Shown here in pieces: positions 1 through 9,881 of a DNA stretch of 64,000 nucleotides. The notes under the pieces are model-generated. The model was given only the letters and a program-made list of their open reading frames with translations. It ran no database searches and was not told where the DNA came from. How positions within the stretch are numbered: position 1 is the stretch's first letter; each line of letters begins with the position of its first letter. The position numbers and the translations under genes were made by a program. This stretch comes from Bacteroidales bacterium. GTDB taxonomy: Bacteria > Bacteroidota > Bacteroidia > Bacteroidales > VadinHA17. The stretch is taken from positions 1,093 through 65,092 of the forward strand of contig DATGWQ010000130.1 in the NCBI GenBank assembly GCA_035299385.1. The letters run 5' to 3'.

Positions 1-1316
1 CCGATCGAGCCGTCTCCTATTCTCGAAAATATCTGGTACTCGTCGAAGCTGGATTTGTCGAACTTGGCGATTATCCCCCTGCCTTTTCCGAGACGGAAGC
101 TGGAGATTGCAACATAGAGGAATCTCCGCATTTCGTCCATGGTTTCGAAATCCTCTTTCCTGATGTATTTAAACATCTGTGCAACAGGGAATAAGGCTCT
201 CGCATTCAGCCATTTGGAAAAATGATTCCTGGTGGCATGGTATTCGAGTGTCTTGTCAGGTATTGTAAGTATCTTTTGTTGAAGGCTTTGCAGGTCGGTG
301 GCAATTGCAATAGGCTCAAGCGTATCGGGATTCCTGAAGACGAAAGGACCGAAGGCGAGGTTCTGGATGATGAAGTTGCGGAGCTCCAGTGAGAGGGACT
401 TGGAGTATTTGTAAATGAATCCGGCTCCAAGTTCCTCAGCCACCTTCTTGTGTGCCGCGCTCGACGACTGAAGCAGGAATGGCACCTTGTCGTCATCGGC
501 CATCACCACCTGGCAGAGCTCAATTCCTGCATTCTCATCCTGGATGCCATCCCTCTTATAGCTGATATCCGAAATGACACCGAGAACATTGTATTTGTAC
601 TTTTTATAAAGGGACAGGGCATCGTTGAAGTTGTTTGCAAGAAGTATTTTAGGCCTTCCCCTCATCTTGAGCATCCTCTGGTGCTCATTCAGTGCTTCCC
701 TTTGAAAATCGAGCGACTGCAGAAGCACTATCCTGTAAATATTCGGAAGGTAAGCAGAAATGTACCTTATGGAATTTTCAATGAGGATAATAGCCTGCAC
801 GCCGATATGCTCGATGTCATATTCTGCATTCATCTTGTCCTCGATGAGCTTGATTATCGCCAGTATGAGAGAGGCATCACCAAGCCAGCAGAAGACATAA
901 TCTATTGCGCTGAGATCCTCTCCCTCCAGTCTCAGCGAAACTTCCCTGGAAAAATAAGTGAGTACGACAATCGGTATATCAGCATACTTCGATTTGATCC
1001 TTTTCGCAAGTGCGAATACATCCGTCCCCTTGAGGCTCAGCATCGATATTACAAGGTCTATGTTGCCTTCGCTCAGTATCCTGAAAGCATCCTGCGCATT
1101 GTCTGTCTGTGTGAATGACGGCGGATCACGAAGATTCAGAGAGGCATATTCATTGAAGATCTGTTCATCGATCCTGCCATCTTCTTCAAGCATGTAATTA
1201 TCATAATTGCTACATATTATCAGGACCCTGTGAATACGCTTCTGCATAAGCAGATCGAACGAAGTATCCGTAAAATCATATTTTTGCAGATCTGGTATGC
1301 CTTCTATATAGGTCAT
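1..1316 (-). CDS. PEP/pyruvate-binding (PPDK_N-type) signalling protein, receiver-like N-terminal part; 3' end runs off the window
   Basis: Absent from the ORF track because it is open to the window edge. Manual reverse translation from the ATG at 1314-1316 gives MTYIEGIPDLQKYDFTDTSFDLLMQKRIHRVLIICSNYDNYMLEEDGRIDEQIF... and ends ...FDEYQIFSRIGDGSIG at nt 1. It is colinear with residues ~175-605 of the upstream 1143-aa protein (shared RPKILLA, ISD, RNHFS-WL motifs). Confidence 0.8.
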   Translation of the reverse strand, partial: MTYIEGIPDLQKYDFTDTSFDLLMQKRIHRVLIICSNYDNYMLEEDGRIDEQIFNEYASLNLRDPPSFTQTDNAQDAFRILSEGNIDLVISMLSLKGTDVFALAKRIKSKYADIPIVVLTYFSREVSLRLEGEDLSAIDYVFCWLGDASLILAIIKLIEDKMNAEYDIEHIGVQAIILIENSIRYISAYLPNIYRIVLLQSLDFQREALNEHQRMLKMRGRPKILLANNFNDALSLYKKYKYNVLGVISDISYKRDGIQDENAGIELCQVVMADDDKVPFLLQSSSAAHKKVAEELGAGFIYKYSKSLSLELRNFIIQNLAFGPFVFRNPDTLEPIAIATDLQSLQQKILTIPDKTLEYHATRNHFSKWLNARALFPVAQMFKYIRKEDFETMDEMRRFLYVAISSFRLGKGRGIIAKFDKSSFDEYQIFSRIGDGSI

Positions 1317-1320
1317 AGGC

Positions 1321-4300
1321 TTATTTATTCATCGAAATTACTGATATTCCCTTCCTTCCATCCATCCTTACGGCAAGATTTTTTTCAAATCTCACATGTG
1401 TGAAGAATTTCCCCTTTTTAAGTTGCCGGGCGGATTCAAGCTTTTTCCAATCGACCTTTCCTCCTCCTTCCGAATCCTGGTTAATTGAAAAATAGCCTAC
1501 GTTCATTGAAGTGACATTATGAAAAAAATGCGATCCGAGAGATGCATCGAGGTGGGAGCCCGGAAGATTCACCTCGGCAATAACCCTCGCATTTGAAATA
1601 TCGGGCCAGCGCACCGGAATTCCGAGCAGATGGTCCCTTGTCCCCCAGCGTCCGGGTCCTATCAGTACATATTTCCTGTTCTCGCGTTTCATCACCTCGT
1701 TGAAAGCGGCAATTTCAGCCGCCATTTCACGCGAATTCCTGCTGCTGAATTTTTCAGGCTCGGCATAGATTATATCCGAAATATCCTCGATAAGGCCGTT
1801 TCCCATGCTCTTTCCTGAAAGAAGCAGCAGACCTTCATTGTCAATACTTTCAGTATCAATCGAGTAGCCTGCAAATGTTCCGACAAGGGGCTTGATCTGA
1901 AGAAGGTAGAATGATGCATTGCCATTTTCATCCTTGTTAAGGTCAACGGCAAATTCAATTTCAACCGGAGTGCCCAGTGCTTCACCCACGACATCAAGTA
2001 TAAGCTTCAATGTGGCAGAGAGCGGTATATATCCGTATTTCAATATGTCGGCAAAGTTTATTATTCTTGGTCCTGCTTTTTCGAGGCCCGGTGTTATCGA
2101 GTCGTTATCAGGGTTCAGGACGGATGCGCAATGATCCAGCGTTCCGTGTTTCTCGGCTTCAGAAATATCGAGAAGAATGAGCCCTGCATTTTCTCCCTGA
2201 AGCAGGTCCGGCTCATCCTTTGACATGTCGACCGCATAGAATTTGACCTGCGAATCCCTGAACATGTCTTCCTGCGATACGATATCCATTGCAGGGTATG
2301 AGGGGCAGAACCTGAATGCATTTTCACCCTCCACTACATATTGCCCGAGTCCGACTGCGCCAATGGCAACGCCATCTTCAGGTTTCATGTGCGAAACAGG
2401 ATAAAAATTGAACGATTGGGCTGTCCCGCTGATATGAGGATAGAAGGCATTTTTAAACTTGTTGCCCACCACAGGCTGTATTACCACAGCCATTTTCTCG
2501 TGCTCAATGTTAAACCTGATTGCCTCGAAATAAGTTCTTGATCCGGCAGAATATATCGAGCAGAAAACAAGCTTTATGGCATTTGAGAGCTGCCGGTACC
2601 TGGTCTCGGCGCTTGTGTGATTGTTCGGCAGCAGGTATGTTCCGAAGATCCCGGAAAAAGGCTGGGTGGTGGAATCCTCAAGCAGGCTTGACGAACGTAC
2701 TGCCAGTGGGCCGGTCATTTCCCTGATGATAACGCGTAATTTTTTCTCAAGCGAATAGCTGAGACTGCCTCCGATAAACAGCTTCTTAAGAACTGTAAAA
2801 TCCTTTTCCTCCCTGATCTTATCTCTCAGGTGGTTCCGTTCCATGAACATGTCAAACTCATCCGTGCCTATGATTGCTGTAACAGGAGTTTTAATATTGA
2901 TGCCCGGAATCAGCCTGCCGATTCCAAACCCGTGAATGAGAGTGTTCACAAATGCCAGTCCCCGACCCTTGCCCCCAAGGGAGCCGCTTCCAAGACTGAT
3001 CACATTTGCATCATCCCCGATGGCTGTTTCTTCGAAGCTGACCACTTTGCCCCTGTTCATTTCCTTTCTCCGTTGCCTTATCAGGTTGATCAGGAACTCC
3101 CTCATCTCCTGAAGGCTTTTGAAATCGGAGATAGTCATTGGGCTGATCTTTTTGGCAATTTTCACTTCACCCCTTGCCATCAGCCAGAGAGAAAAATGGT
3201 TTCGCATCGCATGATACCTCAGCGAATCCTCCGGCACTGTCTGAAGGATCTCCTCGAACTCCTTCATTGACTTGGCGACCGCTATCTGCCCCCCTTTCTT
3301 GTCCCTGTATATAAAATGCCCGAATCCCAGGTAATAGTTTATGAATGATTTGACATCCTGCAGGAGAGTGCCTGAGTTCTTGTTCAGGAAGCTTGCCTTG
3401 AGGGAATATGCATGTTTTGAATTATCAGGGTCAGATGACTGAAGCAGCGCGGGTAATGCGGGAAGGTCATTTTTTATCCGGGTAATGAGATCATAACCTG
3501 CCATATCGGTTTTTACCCCGTTTTTCGGGAATCGCATATCCGAGATTATGCAGAGCAGGTCATCCCTGTACTTTTCATAGATCGACATCGCACCCTCGTA
3601 ATCTGATGCCAGCAGTATCTTTGGCCTTGCCTTGAGCTTGAGGATCTTGTACAGTTCATCCGAGGAAACATCATCGATGAGGCTTTTAGTCTGATCCATC
3701 ACCATGCTGTACAGCAGAGGCAGATAATATGAGTAAAAGCGAACCGAGTCTTCAACCAGGAGGATTATCCTTATGAGTCCTTTCCTGGTGTCGTTTTCCG
3801 CGTTTACGCTGTCCTCAAGGAGGTTGACCATTGCAAAGAAGACCTTTGAATCACCCGTCCAGACGAAAAAATTATCAAACACAACACCTTTCTTCCGCTG
3901 CTGGCGCACATATGGCACATCGTCGGCATTGTTCAGAAGCAGGTAAGTGGTGATATACGGGTATTTCTGCTTGATCTTTCTGCAAAGCTCCATCTTGCTT
4001 TCTTTTTCGACACCGACCATTATTATAACCAGGTCATAATGACGGGTCCTCAGCCTTGCGAACGCCTCCTCCTCGCCCGATACGCCTGTCAGGCGCGGCA
4101 CAGTGGCCAGGCTCATCTGGTGGTACTCTCCGGCCAGGAAATCAGAAAACCGACCTTCACCCTCAATGGTATAAGCATCATAAAGGTTCGCGATGAGAAG
4201 TATTTCCCTGACCCTGAAAGGCATCAGATCATGGAAAATATCCCGTTCAGCATTGTGCCTGTCGATAAACTGCTGAAGAAGCTTGCCCCCGGTAATAACT

Positions 4301-4752
4301 TCAGCCTCTGTTGCGTGAGGTTTGATTATTTTCTTTGCCTTCGAGCTGTTAAGGTAACCTGCCAGAAGGTTTGCTATATTCCTGATCAGATCACGTTCCT
4401 CCTTCAGGAATGGTCCTTCATCCCAGTCGTCGAACTTTTTTGTGTAGCAAACTTCAATAAGGCCATTTTCATCATCGATAGTGCTGAACTCCTGTGACAT
4501 TTTCCAGTCAGTGTCACGATAGCCGGCAGTTGAAAATTCTGTTCCGTTGAAGCTTATCCGGGCAACCGTATGATCGGGATATTGCCAGGCTGCCGGAAGT
4601 ATAAGGACTATCTGGTGAAACGTCTCATCAAACGGCTTCCCTTCCCGGATAATAGACGTTGTCCGGTTTATGCAGGCCAGTTCCTTGAGTCTCTCCTGCT
4701 GTTCATGAAGAAGCTTGCTGTAGTCAATGTTTTTCTGCACCCGATCGTCCAT
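1321..4752 (-). CDS. Multidomain protein: GAF-like N-terminus, two receiver-like domains, PPDK_N (PEP/pyruvate-binding ATP-grasp) domain
   Basis: 1143-aa ORF. Receiver motifs LLVEDS and IISDMRFP. ATP-grasp motifs GGKGRGLAF and AVRSSSLLEDS resemble the PEP synthase/PPDK N-terminal domain. No TSHAA-type phosphohistidine motif seen. Confidence 0.85.
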   Translation of the reverse strand: MDDRVQKNIDYSKLLHEQQERLKELACINRTTSIIREGKPFDETFHQIVLILPAAWQYPDHTVARISFNGTEFSTAGYRDTDWKMSQEFSTIDDENGLIEVCYTKKFDDWDEGPFLKEERDLIRNIANLLAGYLNSSKAKKIIKPHATEAEVITGGKLLQQFIDRHNAERDIFHDLMPFRVREILLIANLYDAYTIEGEGRFSDFLAGEYHQMSLATVPRLTGVSGEEEAFARLRTRHYDLVIIMVGVEKESKMELCRKIKQKYPYITTYLLLNNADDVPYVRQQRKKGVVFDNFFVWTGDSKVFFAMVNLLEDSVNAENDTRKGLIRIILLVEDSVRFYSYYLPLLYSMVMDQTKSLIDDVSSDELYKILKLKARPKILLASDYEGAMSIYEKYRDDLLCIISDMRFPKNGVKTDMAGYDLITRIKNDLPALPALLQSSDPDNSKHAYSLKASFLNKNSGTLLQDVKSFINYYLGFGHFIYRDKKGGQIAVAKSMKEFEEILQTVPEDSLRYHAMRNHFSLWLMARGEVKIAKKISPMTISDFKSLQEMREFLINLIRQRRKEMNRGKVVSFEETAIGDDANVISLGSGSLGGKGRGLAFVNTLIHGFGIGRLIPGINIKTPVTAIIGTDEFDMFMERNHLRDKIREEKDFTVLKKLFIGGSLSYSLEKKLRVIIREMTGPLAVRSSSLLEDSTTQPFSGIFGTYLLPNNHTSAETRYRQLSNAIKLVFCSIYSAGSRTYFEAIRFNIEHEKMAVVIQPVVGNKFKNAFYPHISGTAQSFNFYPVSHMKPEDGVAIGAVGLGQYVVEGENAFRFCPSYPAMDIVSQEDMFRDSQVKFYAVDMSKDEPDLLQGENAGLILLDISEAEKHGTLDHCASVLNPDNDSITPGLEKAGPRIINFADILKYGYIPLSATLKLILDVVGEALGTPVEIEFAVDLNKDENGNASFYLLQIKPLVGTFAGYSIDTESIDNEGLLLLSGKSMGNGLIEDISDIIYAEPEKFSSRNSREMAAEIAAFNEVMKRENRKYVLIGPGRWGTRDHLLGIPVRWPDISNARVIAEVNLPGSHLDASLGSHFFHNVTSMNVGYFSINQDSEGGGKVDWKKLESARQLKKGKFFTHVRFEKNLAVRMDGRKGISVISMNK

Positions 4753-4823
4753 GAGAATCAGTAATATGCAAAAATAGGAAATATTAACATGAACTCACCC
4801 CCTCGATCCGAATGGTAGAAACG

Positions 4824-4857
4824 CAGCCCCCTCTCTACCTGCGTAAAGAGGGGGCTG
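4824..4857 (-). terminator. Stem-loop downstream of korB (possible terminator)
   Basis: 11-bp perfect inverted repeat cagccccctct/agagggggctg with a 12-nt loop, 19 nt after the korB stop. Only a weak U tract (cguuucu) follows on the minus strand. Confidence 0.5.
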
Positions 4858-4875
4858 GGGTGTTAGTGAACAGTA

Positions 4876-5898
4876 CTATTCAACTTCCCAGGTGGCTCCG
4901 CTTTTCAGCAGGTCGTCGACGCATTTGATTTTTGCAGTCTTCCTTACTTCACTTACCTGGTCAGCCACATCCCTGTCATAGGTCCGTCCCGGTACTGCCC
5001 TGATTATCCCCAGTGCTACGGGAAAATCAGGATAACCCATATGGGCAAGCATATAATGGACACCCGGATTGGGTTCAGTGGCATCATGAACGAGAATATG
5101 GTCCTCGGTAATTCCGTTTTCACCTATGTTTACCACTTTCAGCTTCAGTCCGTCAAGGATAAGGCCTTTTTCATTATTCTTTCCGAAGAGCATTTTTTCG
5201 CCGTGCTTCAGAATAATTGTTCTTTCATCGCGGAATTCCTTGGAAGCGACATTATCATGGATGGCATCATTGAAAATGACACAGTTCTGAAGGACCTCGA
5301 TCACCGATGTGCCCCTGTGCTTTTCAGCTTCAATATATATCTGAGTCGAAAGAGCGACATTGACATCTATTGTGCGCGCAAAGAATTTACCCTTGGCTCC
5401 TACCACCAGCTCACCGACGGAAAAAGGCTCTTCCACGGTGCCGAAAGGGGAAGTCTTTGTGACGGTTCCCCTTTGTGAAGTTGGAGAATACTGGCCCTTG
5501 GTAAGGCCATATATTTCATTGTTGAACAGGATGATGTTTATATCTATGTTCCTGCGAATTGCATGGATAAAATGATTACCTCCGATTGCAAGCGCATCAC
5601 CGTCACCGGTCATCTCCCATACTGACAGGCCAGGATTTGCCGTCTTTACTCCGGATGCAATAGCCGCCGCACGGCCATGAATGCTATGAAATCCATATGT
5701 ATCCATATAATAGGGGAACCTCGATGAACATCCTATACCCGAGATGAAGGCATACTTCTCCTTCGTGATATCAAGTTCGGAAAGAGCTTTCTGAACAGCA
5801 TTCAGCACGGAATGATCGCCGCAACCCGGGCACCATCTTACTTCCTGATCGCTCTTGAAATCTCTTGGCGAATATCTTGTTGTAACTGCGTCTGCCAT
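4876..5898 (-). CDS. korB: 2-oxoacid:ferredoxin oxidoreductase beta subunit (TPP-binding)
   Basis: 340 aa. WCPGCGDH motif and TPP motif GDGDALAIGGNHFIHAIRRN. Its ATG overlaps the stop of the alpha subunit gene by 1 nt. Confidence 0.9.
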   Translation of the reverse strand: MADAVTTRYSPRDFKSDQEVRWCPGCGDHSVLNAVQKALSELDITKEKYAFISGIGCSSRFPYYMDTYGFHSIHGRAAAIASGVKTANPGLSVWEMTGDGDALAIGGNHFIHAIRRNIDINIILFNNEIYGLTKGQYSPTSQRGTVTKTSPFGTVEEPFSVGELVVGAKGKFFARTIDVNVALSTQIYIEAEKHRGTSVIEVLQNCVIFNDAIHDNVASKEFRDERTIILKHGEKMLFGKNNEKGLILDGLKLKVVNIGENGITEDHILVHDATEPNPGVHYMLAHMGYPDFPVALGIIRAVPGRTYDRDVADQVSEVRKTAKIKCVDDLLKSGATWEVE

Positions 5899-7742
5899 TA
5901 TTTTTCCTCCAGCATTTTAATGCATTTTTCTGTTATTTCCTTAACTGTGAAAGGTATTCCCTGGACCTTGTTATGCTGTTCATAAGTGAAATGCGGATAC
6001 TTCATCCTCAGGTAACTTGCAAACTGACCAAGGTTAAGCTCACATACAACGATCTTTTTGAATTTGCTGAATACCTCGCCTGTATTTTTAGGCAGGGGAT
6101 TGATATAATTGAAATTAACCAGACTTACCTTGTGATTTTCAGCCTGCAACTCCCTTACTGCAGTAAGCAGGTATCCGAACGAACCTCCCCAGCCCACAAC
6201 AAGGAGATCGCCTGAATCCTCTCCATATACTTTAAGTTCAGGCAGCTCGTCGGCAACCTTTTCAACCTTTGCAGCCCTGAGCCTTACCATCTTCTCATGG
6301 TTTTCGGGTACGTACGATACCGTACCCCTGACCGTCTTCTCGAGTCCGCCGATTCTATGCTCCAATCCTTCCATTCCGGGAACTGCCCATGACCTCACAA
6401 GCGTCTTTTCATCACGCTGGTAGGGAAGGAAAGGTGTATCTTTCTTCACTGCAAAAGGGGGTTTGATGCCCGGCAGATCCTTCGTTGAAGGTATTTTCCA
6501 GGGCTCGGTGCCGTTTGCAAGATAACTGTCAGATAAAAGCAACACAGGGGTCATGTGCTCAAGTGCAATTTTTGCAGCTTCAAAGCCGAAATGGAAGCAG
6601 TCCGACGGGGTGCTCGAAGCAATAACCACAAGCGGGCATTCCCCGTTTCTTCCGAACAGTGCCTGGAGAAGGTCAGACTGTTCTGTCTTTGTCGGCAGCC
6701 CGGTAGAGGGCCCTCCCCTCTGCACATTTATTATGACAAGCGGCAGCTCGGTCATCACTGCCAGCCCTATGGCTTCCGACTTGAGGGCAAGGCCGGGGCC
6801 GGATGTTGAGGTTACTGCCAGGCGGCCAGCAAAGCTAGCACCTATTGCAGTGCAGATTCCTGCTATTTCATCTTCAGCCTGGAAGCTTTTCACGCCAAGA
6901 TCTTTCCTGGCTGACAATTCCTCGAGAATACTCGTTGCAGGTGTGATCGGATAAGAGCCGATGAACAGCTCAAGCCCTGATTTTTCAGCAGCTGCAAGCA
7001 ATCCCCATGCTGTAGCCGTGTTTCCTGAGATATTCCTGTAAGTGCCTTTCGGAATGTTGGCCGGCGGAACTTTGTACACAGGAGTTAAAGCTTCAATTGT
7101 CTCAGCATAATAATAACCCGATCGCAAAGCAATTTTATTTGCTTCAGCAACCGTTGGTTTATTTTTGAATTTCTTATCAAAGAATTCCTCCGTGTATTTC
7201 AGCTTCCTGTCGAAAAGCCAGTAAACCATTCCAAGAGCGAACATGTTCTTGGTGCGCAGGACAGATTTTTGATCAAGCCCGTGATCTTTGAGAGCCTCTT
7301 TAACCATGGTCGATATCGGAGCTGCGATCACGTTATAGTCTTCGAGCTTTTCTTCTGTTATCGGGTTGGAGGTATAACCTGCTTTCTGAATGGTTTTCTC
7401 ATTGAAGTTGCTCTCGTCAAAAATTACCGTCCCTCCCTTCTTAAGCCATTGTGCATTAGCTTTAAGAGCTGCGGGGTTCATAGCGACAAGAACATCCGCA
7501 TAATCTCCGGGCGTATAAACCTCCGAATGCCCGAGATGAACCTGGAAACCGGAAACACCGCCTACGGTACCCGAAGGGGCACGGATCTCAGCAGGATAAT
7601 CAGGAAATGTCGACAGGTCGTTGCCGAATAATGCTGCAGTATCAGAAAAGAGGGTGCCGGTAAGCTGCATGCCATCACCGGAATCGCCTGAAAACCTTAT
7701 AACAACCTCATCTCTTTCGATGACCTCAGATTTCTTAGCCAT
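5898..7742 (-). CDS. korA: 2-oxoacid:ferredoxin oxidoreductase alpha subunit (fused gamma/alpha type)
   Basis: 614 aa. GSYPITPATSILEEL and GPGLALKSE motifs typical of KorA/OorA. Adjacent to the beta subunit gene. Confidence 0.9.
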   Translation of the reverse strand: MAKKSEVIERDEVVIRFSGDSGDGMQLTGTLFSDTAALFGNDLSTFPDYPAEIRAPSGTVGGVSGFQVHLGHSEVYTPGDYADVLVAMNPAALKANAQWLKKGGTVIFDESNFNEKTIQKAGYTSNPITEEKLEDYNVIAAPISTMVKEALKDHGLDQKSVLRTKNMFALGMVYWLFDRKLKYTEEFFDKKFKNKPTVAEANKIALRSGYYYAETIEALTPVYKVPPANIPKGTYRNISGNTATAWGLLAAAEKSGLELFIGSYPITPATSILEELSARKDLGVKSFQAEDEIAGICTAIGASFAGRLAVTSTSGPGLALKSEAIGLAVMTELPLVIINVQRGGPSTGLPTKTEQSDLLQALFGRNGECPLVVIASSTPSDCFHFGFEAAKIALEHMTPVLLLSDSYLANGTEPWKIPSTKDLPGIKPPFAVKKDTPFLPYQRDEKTLVRSWAVPGMEGLEHRIGGLEKTVRGTVSYVPENHEKMVRLRAAKVEKVADELPELKVYGEDSGDLLVVGWGGSFGYLLTAVRELQAENHKVSLVNFNYINPLPKNTGEVFSKFKKIVVCELNLGQFASYLRMKYPHFTYEQHNKVQGIPFTVKEITEKCIKMLEEK

Positions 7743-7852
7743 ATCAGTTATTTGCTTTTATTCCAGGAATTACGAAACACCCAAAATTAACCTTTTAAAT
7801 ATGAAATTATTAATTTTTAACTATGTAATGCTATGATATTGATCATGTTTGA

Positions 7853-7916
7853 GACGGAAGACGGAAGACCGAAGACCAGCGGACCAGAAGACCAGAAGAC
7901 CAGAAGACCAGAAGAC
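7853..7916. repeat. 7/8-nt tandem repeat (gacggaa x2, gaccgaa, gaccagcg, gaccagaa x4.4)
   Basis: Read directly: gacggaagacggaagaccgaagaccagcggaccagaagaccagaagaccagaagaccagaagac. It ends 1 nt before the murI stop codon (7918-7920). Confidence 0.9.
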
Positions 7917-7917
7917 T

Positions 7918-8718
7918 TCAGCTCCAGATATCGGCTTTCTTAAGATTGATCTCCTCTTCGAAAAACATACGTGCGATTTTTTCGAAAAAGGGCGTATAGT
8001 CTGAGACGAAGAATTTATCCCTGACCTTGCCTGATGTACTGAGAAGATTATTCTTCTCTAGCGCGTCTCTTACAATGGATGCAACAGTTTTGCCGGAGTC
8101 TATAACCTCCACGTTGAAATTGAAGATTTTGCTGATCTGGTTCTTTATGATGGGATAATGGGTGCAGCCGAGAATCAGGGCCTGTATTCCGGAAAGGGAC
8201 TGGTTTGAAAGGTAAGACCGGAGGATTGCGTTACTGATGTCATCGAAAATAAAACCTTCCTCTATCATCGGAACGAGCAGGGGCGTGGCCAGGGAGACTA
8301 CGGAAGTGCCAGGCGATTTCTGACCGAGCTTCTTTTCATAAGTGCCTGAGCTTATGGTTCTTTTTGTTCCGATCACACCTATCCTGCTGTAGTTCCTTGA
8401 GCTCACATACTGGACCACCGGATCGATGACGTCAAACAAAAGAACCTTGTCCCTGAATTGCCTTTTTAGGGAATCAAAGGCGGAGGCTGATGCAGAGTTG
8501 CATGCCACCAGCACGGCTTTTGCATTCTGCTCCAGCAGAAATTGGGTGATCTTCTCGGAATAACCCTTGATTGCTTCAGCTGACTTATCACCATACGGCA
8601 GATGTGCGGTATCGCCGAAGTAAACAATACTTTCACGAGGAAGGATCTGTTTCAGCGAATGTGCTACTGTCAGTCCCCCTACTCCCGAATCAAATACTCC
8701 GATGGGTTGATCGTTCAC
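7918..8718 (-). CDS. murI: Glutamate racemase
   Basis: 266 aa. VFDSGVGGLTV plus the catalytic Cys motifs VACNSASA and LGCTHYP. Confidence 0.95.
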   Translation of the reverse strand: MNDQPIGVFDSGVGGLTVAHSLKQILPRESIVYFGDTAHLPYGDKSAEAIKGYSEKITQFLLEQNAKAVLVACNSASASAFDSLKRQFRDKVLLFDVIDPVVQYVSSRNYSRIGVIGTKRTISSGTYEKKLGQKSPGTSVVSLATPLLVPMIEEGFIFDDISNAILRSYLSNQSLSGIQALILGCTHYPIIKNQISKIFNFNVEVIDSGKTVASIVRDALEKNNLLSTSGKVRDKFFVSDYTPFFEKIARMFFEEEINLKKADIWS

Positions 8719-8779
8719 AGCTTCAATAAAAAAACAACCATCCTGTTCAAAGGATGGTTGTTGGTTTAAGGTATGTAAC

Positions 8780-9313
8780 TTATTTCTTTACGGCGGTTTC
8801 CTTTATTCCAAGCTTTGTCTTTGCAAGCGGAAGAATATCCGTGCTCTTTGCAGCATCAAAATAAAGAAGGCCTTTTATATCGAATATATAAACGAAACCG
8901 TTTTCCTTGCCCACATCCTTGATGGCTTTGTCAACCTTGGCATAAATAGGCTGAAAAAGCTCTGTCTGTTTTTCCTGCAGCTGTGTCTGGGCATTCTGCT
9001 GGAATTCCTGGATCCTCCTGTTGATATCAACGAGCTCCTGTTCCTTTGTCTGTTTTACGACGTCGGTCCAGTTCTTGTTTTCTTTATTATAAGTTTCATT
9101 CTTATTATTGAATTCCACAGACATCAGTTCCATGGCATTGATAAGGTCTTTCCTGAATGACTCGAGTTTGACTGAAGCTGAATCGAATTCGGGCAAAGCC
9201 TGCAGAAGCTCGTCACTGTTTATATGCCCGAATTTAAGATTCTGTGCCTCAGCCTTATGTCCGCCGAAGGCTAAAAGGATAGCAATGAATGCCACTCCTA
9301 AAATTTTTTTCAT
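8780..9313 (-). CDS. skp: OmpH/Skp family periplasmic chaperone
   Basis: 177 aa. Signal peptide, coiled-coil K/E/Q-rich body, position downstream of bamA. Confidence 0.85.
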   Translation of the reverse strand: MKKILGVAFIAILLAFGGHKAEAQNLKFGHINSDELLQALPEFDSASVKLESFRKDLINAMELMSVEFNNKNETYNKENKNWTDVVKQTKEQELVDINRRIQEFQQNAQTQLQEKQTELFQPIYAKVDKAIKDVGKENGFVYIFDIKGLLYFDAAKSTDILPLAKTKLGIKETAVKK

Positions 9314-9350
9314 CTTGTTTTCCTATTAAAATATGTGCAAAAATAATTAA

Positions 9351-9866
9351 TTAATTCTTATAACCTAATTTTTCAAGTACCTGGTCGCTAAGGTCAAATT
9401 TAGGATTCGCGAACAGGATATTGCCGCCTGCAGCGGTATCGAAGATAACGGCATAGCTTCCTTCCACGGCAAGCTCTTTGATGGCTTTGAGTATTTCATC
9501 CTGGATTGGTTTCACAAGCTCCTCCCTTTTCTTGAAGAGTTCGCCTTCCATGCCAAAATACTTATTCTGCAGATCCTTCATCTCCTTTTCCTTGCCTATG
9601 ATTGCCTCTTCCCTTTTGGCTTTCATTTCCTGTGAGAGGAGGACTGCATCGTTCTGGTACGATTTGTACATCTGCTCCACGACAGCATAGCCGTCGGCCA
9701 CTTCTTTCTCCCACTGTTTGGAGAGTTTGTCAAGCTGCTCCTGGGCAGCATTGAATGAAGGAATGTTTTTCCTTATATATTCGGAATCGACAAAGGCATA
9801 TTTCTGAGCCATCGAAACAGCCGACGTCAGAATGAACAAGCTTATCAGAATACCAATTTTTTTCAT
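9351..9866 (-). CDS. skp: OmpH/Skp family periplasmic chaperone (second copy)
   Basis: 171 aa. Signal peptide MKKIGILISLFILTSAVSMAQ and a coiled-coil body. Directly downstream of bamA. Confidence 0.85.
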   Translation of the reverse strand: MKKIGILISLFILTSAVSMAQKYAFVDSEYIRKNIPSFNAAQEQLDKLSKQWEKEVADGYAVVEQMYKSYQNDAVLLSQEMKAKREEAIIGKEKEMKDLQNKYFGMEGELFKKREELVKPIQDEILKAIKELAVEGSYAVIFDTAAGGNILFANPKFDLSDQVLEKLGYKN

Positions 9867-9881
9867 GATGGTGTGATTTAG

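Noticed and set aside
450-1197. Plus-strand ORFs 450-1118 (222 aa) and 958-1197 (79 aa) from the supplied track
   Set aside because: They are antisense to a continuous minus-strand reading frame (1-1316) that is clearly paralogous to the neighbouring 1143-aa protein. Their translations show no recognisable motifs.
4753-4875. Possible small RNA or riboswitch between korB and the 1143-aa gene
   Set aside because: The only feature is a single 11-bp hairpin placed right after the korB stop. That is adequately explained as a terminator or 3' stabiliser, and no promoter-like element precedes it.
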